A stretch of DNA of 24,857 nucleotides from NCBI GenBank assembly GCA_044229145.1, contig JBGATO010000055.1:1-24857 (forward strand). The letters are read 5' to 3'. The notes under the pieces were generated by a model, which did no database searches, had not been told where the DNA came from, and saw only the letters and a list, made by a program, of their open reading frames with translations. A program made the translations under genes and the position numbers. This stretch comes from Candidatus Eiseniibacteriota bacterium. Lineage in GTDB: Bacteria > Eisenbacteria > RBG-16-71-46 > CAZEPH01. Below are positions 17,764 through 24,857 of this stretch, piece after piece (position 1 is the first letter of the stretch; each line of letters starts with the position of its first letter).

Positions 17764-18599
17764 GGGTCGAGCCTCCCTTCGCCGGCGTACAGCGTCGCCG
17801 CGTCGGCGCGCACGAAACCGGCGAGCGTGAGGCCGTGCTGCAACGCCGTCTCCACCGCGAGCGACGACGGCGCACCGACTGCCGCGAGGATCGGCACGCC
17901 GAGCGCCAGCGTCTTGGCGACGAGCTCATAGCTCAGACGGCCGCTCACCAGCAGCACGGCCTCGGCGGCGGCATCCGGCATCTCGCGCAGCGCCCAGCCA
18001 GCGAGCTTATCGAGCGCGTTGTGCCGTCCGACGTCCTCGCGCAGCGCGAGCAGCGCGCCGTCGGCGGCGCGAAACAGCGCGGCGGCGTGCACACCGCCGG
18101 TCGCCGCGAACGCGGTTTGCGCCTCGCGCATGCGGCGCGGCAGGTCGCAGAGCACGGCGCGCGCGAGCCGCGGCGCGTCCGGCCGCGGCACCACCGGCGC
18201 GTGCACCGCCAGCATGTCGATGCGCTCGATGCCACACAGCCCGCACGAGGCGGTCGCCGCGAAACGCTGAACCCACGCGCGGCGCTCTGGGGCCGTCGGT
18301 GCGAGGTCGATCTCGACGACGCGCGCGTCGGCCGGCCCGACGCCGGCGCGGATCGCCACGACATCGTCGAGTGCGCGGATCAGGCGCATCGTCCACAGGA
18401 AGCCGAGCGCGAGTTCGTCGTCGTGGCCGGGGGTGCGGAGGGTGACGGCGAGCGGTTCGCCGTTGAGGCGGATCTCGAGCGGCGCTTCGGCGATGAGCTG
18501 GTCGCGCTCGGGATGCGGCGCGGCATCGCCGCGCAGGCGGGTGACGTGGGCGGGCACCACGGCGGCGTCCGGGGCACGATCGCGGGGCACGGCGGTCAC
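17760..18599 (-). CDS. fdhD: Formate dehydrogenase accessory sulfurtransferase FdhD
   Basis: E.PLEIRLNG...TLRTPGHD.ELALGFL, SCGLCG, TGGVHAAALF, REDVGRHNALDKL, SGRLSYELV.K and APSSLAV. Confidence 0.95.
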   Translation of the reverse strand: MTAVPRDRAPDAAVVPAHVTRLRGDAAPHPERDQLIAEAPLEIRLNGEPLAVTLRTPGHDDELALGFLWTMRLIRALDDVVAIRAGVGPADARVVEIDLAPTAPERRAWVQRFAATASCGLCGIERIDMLAVHAPVVPRPDAPRLARAVLCDLPRRMREAQTAFAATGGVHAAALFRAADGALLALREDVGRHNALDKLAGWALREMPDAAAEAVLLVSGRLSYELVAKTLALGVPILAAVGAPSSLAVETALQHGLTLAGFVRADAATLYAGEGRLDP

Positions 18600-18913
18600 G
18601 GGCGCTGCTTGGCTCCGCGGTCGCGTTCGACGACGAGACGCAGGGTGCCGCCGGCAGGCAGCGGCAGGTCGGCGTGGACGCCTTCGAGCGTGCCGTCGAG
18701 CAGCGGCGCGGCGTCGGCGCGCGCCAAGGTCACGAGGATCGCGCCGCCGGTCGCAGCGAGCGCGGTGGCCGCGCCGAGCGCAACGCCGTAACAGAGCGCG
18801 CCGCCGTCCGGGAGCGGCGTCGCCGCATCGAGCCGGCCCGCCGTCGCCAGCACCGGCAATTCGGCGGGGTCCAGCCGGAGGCGGAGCGCATCGGCGGCGA
18901 GACGGAGCTTCAC
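18596..18913 (-). CDS. Small hypothetical protein (DUF7009-like), first gene of the fdh operon
   Basis: KLRL...ALRLRL...E...L...G ... LRLVVERD pattern, recalled from small proteins found with FdhF/YdeP-FdhD. Stop overlaps the fdhD start (GTGA). Confidence 0.65.
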   Translation of the reverse strand: MKLRLAADALRLRLDPAELPVLATAGRLDAATPLPDGGALCYGVALGAATALAATGGAILVTLARADAAPLLDGTLEGVHADLPLPAGGTLRLVVERDRGAKQRP

Positions 18914-18964
18914 GGGACGAACCTCGGGTGACGGTGAACGAACGCGGCGGCTACACTACGCGGC

Positions 18965-19645
18965 GTGACGCGGCACTCTACCACACGGCGCCCCGCCGAA
19001 CGTCCGGCCGGCGCGCGGCGATTGCGCGGGCTGGTCCTGGCCGGTGGCGCCAGCCGGCGCATGGGCACACCGAAAGCGCTGATCGATGACGACGGCGTCA
19101 CGTGGCTCGCGCGCGCGGTCGCGGTGCTGCGCGAGGTCACCGGACGCGTGCCGCTGGTGAGTCTGCCGCATCCCGCGTGCTGTCCGCCGGAACTCGCGAA
19201 GTTGGCGCGGCGCCTGGCCCCCGGCCATGTCGTGCACGATGCGGAGCCGGATCGAGGCCCGGTGGCGGGTGTCGTCGCGGCACTCGCCGCCTGCGCGCCA
19301 GGCGACGATGCGCTGCTCTGGCTCGCGGTCGACATGCCACGCGTCACCGCCGCGACGCTCCGCGACTTCCTCGAACGCATCCCGCCGCACGCCGCGGCCG
19401 CGTATCCCGTGTATCGCGGCCATGCTCAGCCTGCCTGCGGTCTGTTCGAACTCGCCAACCCGCTTCCGCCCGTATGCCACGACGGTGGTCTGCGCGGCCT
19501 CCTCGCCTACCGCGCCGCGGTGGCCATCCCAATGCCGCGCCGCGCCGGCGGATCGCCCTGGCTCAGCATCGACACGCCAGGGATCCGCCGCAGGCGAGCG
19601 CGCAACGTGTCGCGCCCCGCGCCCACTGCAAGGTCGAAGTCGTAG
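18965..19645 (+). CDS. mobA: Molybdenum cofactor guanylyltransferase
   Basis: GLVLAGGASRRMGTPKALI, D..P.RGPVAGV..AL, AVDMP, QP.CG.F and SIDTP (NVNTP-like); divergent from the fdh operon. Confidence 0.85.
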   Translation: MTRHSTTRRPAERPAGARRLRGLVLAGGASRRMGTPKALIDDDGVTWLARAVAVLREVTGRVPLVSLPHPACCPPELAKLARRLAPGHVVHDAEPDRGPVAGVVAALAACAPGDDALLWLAVDMPRVTAATLRDFLERIPPHAAAAYPVYRGHAQPACGLFELANPLPPVCHDGGLRGLLAYRAAVAIPMPRRAGGSPWLSIDTPGIRRRRARNVSRPAPTARSKS

Positions 19646-20175
19646 CACGAGAAGTAGCTGACGATCTTGTGCTGGCCGTCGAGGATGTAGATGTCGTCCT
19701 TCGCGGCGACGGCGGCATCCCACAGCGGGGACGCGCTGGTGTCCTGCAGCCACGGAATGTGCGAGTCGTGGGTCATGAGCGCGTTGTACTCGGCGTTGTT
19801 GGTGTCCTTCGAATTGACGCCGATGACCGGAATGCCGGCGAGCTCAGTGCCCGCCCACGTGCCCACTTCCGCCGTCAAGGCAGCGAACTGCTGCCGGCAG
19901 AAGCCTCAGGTGGACCAGCCGAAATACACGACTGAGGCCTGCGGCGCGTGCGTCCCCGGATTCGCCTCGTGCGCGAACGTCGCACTCAGCAGCGAGTCGC
20001 GCGTCACGGTGCGGCCGTAGGTCACGGTGTTGCGATTGCTGTCGGCGAGTGCGAAGGCCGGGAACGTCGCCGGGCGTCCGGTCACCGGCGGCTGCGTCGT
20101 CCCGCCCCCGCATCCCCACGCGATGACGCACGCCGCCACCGCCACCGCAAGCTCAACCATTCGGACCGCGCGCAT
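19507..20175 (-). CDS. Predicted selenoprotein: thioredoxin-fold (redoxin/AhpC-TSA-like) lipoprotein with UxxC motif, Sec at codon 90
   Basis: GGAGG RBS, ATG 20175 and lipobox-like AWGC. Reads ...VVYFGWST-TGA(19906-19908)-GFCRQQFAAL... in one frame, joining ORFs 19906-20517 and 19507-19878. Downstream are VIGVN, IPWLQD, W...DDIYILD. A hairpin begins 10 nt after the UGA. Confidence 0.85.
19879..19895 (-). promoter_or_regulatory. Putative bacterial SECIS element
   Basis: mRNA reads UGA-GGCUUCUGCC-GGCAGC-AGUUC-GCUGCC: a 6-bp perfect stem with a G(U)-containing loop, starting 11 nt downstream of the UGA. Confidence 0.7.
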
Positions 20176-20251
20176 ACTCTCCTCCCGTCGCATTCCCCAA
20201 AGCCGGTCCAGACGATACCATTTCCCGCCGATAACGCCAGGACAGGTCTGC

Positions 20252-20272
20252 ATGTTCCTGTTGCGGGAACAT
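20252..20272. promoter_or_regulatory. 7-7-7 inverted repeat; candidate transcription-factor operator in a divergent promoter region
   Basis: ATGTTCC-tgttgcg-GGAACAT, flanked by TGCA on both sides, between the selenoprotein gene and gltA. Confidence 0.4.
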
Positions 20273-20389
20273 TGCAAACCACGGACACTGAAGGCTCGCT
20301 CGTGCACTGTGGCGCGAGCCCGCATGTGACCCCAGTCAGCGGGTGTGGAACGAAGGCGCCGCCTCTCGGCGCGAAGGAGGATCCTCAGC

Positions 20390-21700
<1,311 letters not shown>

Positions 21701-21717
21701 ACGCATCAGACACGACG

Positions 21718-21757
21718 ACGCCCCGGCGGCCACACGGTCGCCGGGGCGTTTCGTTTT
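21718..21757 (+). terminator. Rho-independent terminator of gltA, possibly bidirectional
   Basis: ACGCCCCGGCGGCC-acac-GGTCGCCGGGGCGT followed by TTCGTTTT, between convergent genes. Confidence 0.8.
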
Positions 21758-21769
21758 CGCGGCGTGTGG

Positions 21770-22687
21770 CTAGCGCGCGAGCACGCAGCGGGTGCTGGCG
21801 CTGGCGTCGGCGGCGCGCAGCCGCACGACGTAGACGCCACGCGCGGCGGGCCGGCCCGCGGGGTCGCGTCCGTCCCACGTCACGTGCTGGGCACCCGCGG
21901 CGAACGCGCGCGCGGCGAGTTGCCGCACGTGTTGCCCGCGCGCGTCGTAGACATCGAGCGCGGCGTGTTGTGTGCGCGCCAGCGTGAACGCGCAGTCGAC
22001 GCCGTGCGCGGTGGCACGGGCGCGCAGCGCGACGTCGGCGCGGCCGCTCGGCTCCTCCGCCGCGGTCGGCGCGGTGAGAATGAGCGAGAGATCGTCGGCG
22101 TAGCCATCGTTGTAGGAGCCTTCGGCGCGCGTCAGGCCGATGACCACACGCGCGAACCGGCTGCCCACCGGCACCGCGCCGTTGTGCGACCGCAACTTCA
22201 GCTTCGTGCCGTTGAAACGATCCGCCGACGTCACCGGGCCGACGGAATCGATCTTCACGACGCTGTGCGTCGCGTTCTCGAAGTAGACGGTGAACACGGC
22301 GCGATCGAGTTGCGACGAGTAGCCGCCGAGCCACGCGCTGAGCGCGTACTGCACGCCCCCAGCGTCGATCTTCGTCGCGCCGGCCGAGATGTCGATCGTT
22401 TGCGTGCCGGAACTGTAGGCCGCGATGGCGCCGGCAAACAGGTTGGCGCCGCGGTCGGCGGGCCCGCTGTCGTTGGAGGCGGGGAATCCGCCCGGAATGT
22501 CCCAGCGGATCGCCAGGAACGCGCCGCTCACCGTCCAGCCCGTGGGGACGCCACCGGTGGAACCGTCGGTGGAGCCGGCGGAGAGTTCGGCATTGCCGTT
22601 GACCACGAGGTTGGAACCAAACTGGGCATGCGCGGGGGCCGCGGCGAGGAGACAGCACGCCGCGCAAACGAGCGCGAGACGACGCAT
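21770..22687 (-). CDS. Secreted protein with a galactose-binding-like/CBM-like jelly-roll domain and a FlgD-Ig/T9SS-like C-terminal domain
   Basis: Signal peptide ending AHA. NLVVNGNAE...GW...QTIDIS...LSAWLGGY...NDGYADDLSL. Tail LDVYDARGQHVR...WDGRDPAGRP..RGVYVVRL. Confidence 0.8.
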   Translation of the reverse strand: MRRLALVCAACCLLAAAPAHAQFGSNLVVNGNAELSAGSTDGSTGGVPTGWTVSGAFLAIRWDIPGGFPASNDSGPADRGANLFAGAIAAYSSGTQTIDISAGATKIDAGGVQYALSAWLGGYSSQLDRAVFTVYFENATHSVVKIDSVGPVTSADRFNGTKLKLRSHNGAVPVGSRFARVVIGLTRAEGSYNDGYADDLSLILTAPTAAEEPSGRADVALRARATAHGVDCAFTLARTQHAALDVYDARGQHVRQLAARAFAAGAQHVTWDGRDPAGRPAARGVYVVRLRAADASASTRCVLAR

Positions 22688-22816
22688 GGAGGCACACCTT
22701 TCCCGGCGAGAGTTGTCATGCGGGGAGCATGGTGGGATAGGAAAAGCGTATCACGCGCGGGTCGTGATGTCGGTACACCGAAGGCAGTAGCGGCAGGCGG
22801 CCGGGGCGATTTTGCG

Positions 22817-23560
22817 CTACGCGGCGCGGCTCGCGTCCCCGTGCGGCGTGCCGCCGTGCCCGTTGAGGACATACGGCGGCACTTCGCCGACGTGACGTAC
22901 GCGGACGAATCCGTCGCCCGTGGGTTCGACGTCTTCGTAGATCCAACGCTTCTCGCCGACCAGGATGGCGTGCAGGCCTTCTTCCATCGCCGGGTTGATA
23001 TCGCTGCGCATGCCGTCGCCGATCACCCAAGTGTGCGCGCGCGGCAGATCGTTCGCCCGCAGCACTTCTTGCAGCTCCTCGCGGTGCTTGCGCGGGAAGA
23101 TGTGGATGCCGTCGAAGTAGCCGCGCAACGAAGCGCCGTCGATGCGGAATTGCTGCACCTCGAAGTCGCCCTTGGTGAGCAAGTAGAGCCGGCAGCCCTC
23201 GCGGCGCAAACGGCGCAGAACCTCGTGTGTGGCCGGGAACGGCTCGGGCGGCGTGTCGAACACGCGGTGGCCGAGATTCTCGGCGGCGCGCTCATCGGCG
23301 TGGACGATGCTGAGGCCATGACGCGCGCAGAGCACGTGGTACGCCTCGCGCAACGACACCGGGAAGCGGCCGCGCCCGAAGCCTTCGGCCTCGATGCGCG
23401 CGAGGTCGATGGAGATGAGCGTGTCGATGGCCTCACGCGCATCGACGCCGCGCGACGCCATCAGGGCGCCGAACTCGTCGCGCGCGTTGTCGAAGGTGAC
23501 CGACGTTTGGATTAACGTGTCGTCGAGATCGAAGACGATATGTGGGCGAATCGCGTCCAT
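22817..23560 (-). CDS. HAD-superfamily hydrolase (phosphatase)
   Basis: Motif I FDLDDTL, motif II LLTKGD, motif III K and motif IV IGDGMRSDI. Confidence 0.9.
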   Translation of the reverse strand: MDAIRPHIVFDLDDTLIQTSVTFDNARDEFGALMASRGVDAREAIDTLISIDLARIEAEGFGRGRFPVSLREAYHVLCARHGLSIVHADERAAENLGHRVFDTPPEPFPATHEVLRRLRREGCRLYLLTKGDFEVQQFRIDGASLRGYFDGIHIFPRKHREELQEVLRANDLPRAHTWVIGDGMRSDINPAMEEGLHAILVGEKRWIYEDVEPTGDGFVRVRHVGEVPPYVLNGHGGTPHGDASRAA

Positions 23561-23684
23561 GCAGTGTCATGGCGCGCGCGCGGGGCGCGGCGCGGCTTCC
23601 TGTGCTTGCGGACAGCCCCGGGCCGTCGTGGCAATCGCGGCGGCGAACCCGCCGCGCCGGGGGACGAACACTCCGTGTCGCGAG

Positions 23685-24380
23685 TTATCGGCTCGATGCG
23701 ACCACGGGTGTAGGGGGAATCTCGCCGCCCGGCCGCTGCCGCGCATGTTCCACCGCCTGGAGGTACGCGGTCTCGACGCCCTCCGCCCCGGCGGCGTCGA
23801 AGCCCAAGTCGCGCAGCCGGCCGTCGGCGATGCTGTAGATCCACGCATGCACATGCAGTTGCGCGCCGCGCGCCCACGCGTCGCGGACGATCGTGGTGCG
23901 GCAGACGTTGACGGCTTGCGCGATGACATTGAGCTCGCACAACCGGGCGCTGCGTTCCGTGTCGTCGGGCAAATCGTCGAGCGTCGCTCGGTGCTCGTGC
24001 GCCACGTCCTGAATGTGACGCAGCCAGTTGTCGATGAGGCCGTGCTTCTCGTCGCGCAGGGCAGCATTGACGCCGCCGCAGCCGTAGTGACCGCACACGA
24101 TGACGTGTTTGACCTCCAGCACCTCCACAGCGAACTGGAGCACCGAGAGACAATTGAGATCGGTGTGCACCACGACGTTCGCGACGTTGCGGTGCACGAA
24201 CAGCTCGCCCGGCGAGAGCCCGACGATTTCGTTGGCCGGCACGCGGCTGTCGGAGCAGCCGATCCACAGATACTCCGGCTGCTGCTGGCGCGCCAAGCGC
24301 GCGAAGTACGTCGGATCGCTCGCCGTGATGGTCTGCGCCCAGCGGGCGTTGCGTTCGAACAGCTTCTTGAGCGTGCGCAC
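23685..24380 (-). CDS. can: Beta-class carbonic anhydrase
   Basis: LWIGCSDSRVP, FVHRNVAN, VCGHYGCGGV and LCELNV..Q. GTG start overlaps the upstream TAG by 1 nt. Confidence 0.95.
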   Translation of the reverse strand: MRTLKKLFERNARWAQTITASDPTYFARLARQQQPEYLWIGCSDSRVPANEIVGLSPGELFVHRNVANVVVHTDLNCLSVLQFAVEVLEVKHVIVCGHYGCGGVNAALRDEKHGLIDNWLRHIQDVAHEHRATLDDLPDDTERSARLCELNVIAQAVNVCRTTIVRDAWARGAQLHVHAWIYSIADGRLRDLGFDAAGAEGVETAYLQAVEHARQRPGGEIPPTPVVASSR

Positions 24381-24857
24381 TAGTCGGCGAACCTCGCGGC
24401 GATGTCATCGAGCAGCGCGACGAAGGCGTCGTGCGCCAGCGCCGCGGTCTCGACGACTTCCTGGTGAGTGAGCGGCGTCGGCGAGAGGCCGGCGGCGCGA
24501 TTGGTGAGGCACGAAATGCCGAGGACCTCGGCGCCGCGCGCCGCGGCCACCGCGCTCTCCGCCACCGTCGACATCCCGACCGCGTCGGCGCCGTAGCGCG
24601 CCGCCATGCGAACTTCTGCCGGCGTTTCGTATGTCGGTCCGCGCGAGGCGAAGTAGATGCCGCGCCGCAGTTGCAGACCCCGCGCCAACGCGACGTCCTC
24701 GGCCAGCGCGAGGAGACGCCGGGAATAAATCGGCCCGTGTGCGCGCAGGCGCGTGTCGCCGCCATCGTCCCACGTGCCGCGCATCGGGGGAACGTTCGTG
24801 AAGTTGACCTGATCGTCGATCAGCATCAACTCACCGGGCGCAAACTCCATGTTGACG
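24380..24857 (-). CDS. Purine-nucleoside phosphorylase, trimeric type (5'-truncated by the window edge)
   Basis: GPTYETPAEVRM, GADAVGMSTV.E, GISCLTNRAAG and LTHQEV. Glu/Asn pair is typical of 6-oxopurine PNPs. Confidence 0.9.
   Translation of the reverse strand, partial: VNMEFAPGELMLIDDQVNFTNVPPMRGTWDDGGDTRLRAHGPIYSRRLLALAEDVALARGLQLRRGIYFASRGPTYETPAEVRMAARYGADAVGMSTVAESAVAAARGAEVLGISCLTNRAAGLSPTPLTHQEVVETAALAHDAFVALLDDIAARFAD

Noticed and set aside
6435..18598. Genome-wide UGA reassignment, or read-through at other TGA stops (6435, 12895, 17760, 18596)
   Set aside because: These TGAs fall at natural domain ends or in GTGA start/stop overlaps, and Trp is encoded by TGG. UGA is a normal stop elsewhere.
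19906..19908. Nonsense mutation/pseudogene, or two separate small genes
   Set aside because: The stop is UGA, sits exactly at the first Cys position of a CxxC, and is followed by a SECIS-like hairpin. The downstream ORF has only a TTG start with no RBS. Sec recoding is the more parsimonious reading.
22817..24857. PNP-carbonic anhydrase-HAD as a novel pathway
   Set aside because: All three are ordinary housekeeping families. Beyond a 1-nt PNP/can overlap, nothing in the sequence supports a shared new function.

Overview
High-GC bacterial window with about 21 genes. The secretome motifs suggest an FCB-related lineage such as Ca. Eisenbacteria or Krumholzibacteria; this is inference only. The left part (1-15.3 kb) is almost entirely exported proteins: three tandem paralogous secreted proteins that all end in the same short C-terminal motif (TP-x3-[AT]SWG-x-[VI]K-x2-[YF]), two NHL beta-propeller lipoproteins, a large beta-helix protein, an unknown lipoprotein, three tandem FKBP prolyl isomerases and a choice-of-anchor-B/LVIVD protein. 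The right part holds an FdhF/YdeP-FdhD-MobA molybdoenzyme locus, citrate synthase, a secreted protein, a HAD hydrolase, beta-carbonic anhydrase and a partial purine nucleoside phosphorylase. Two observations stand out. (1) The ORF caller split a hidden selenoprotein: a thioredoxin-fold lipoprotein with an in-frame UGA in a U-G-F-C (UxxC) motif, followed by a SECIS-like hairpin (19507-20175, minus strand). (2) The 'SWG-x2-K' tail is a candidate uncharacterised protein-sorting signal, and it coexists with T9SS/FlgD-like C-terminal domains on three other proteins. No RNA genes, CRISPR arrays or mobile elements were recognised.
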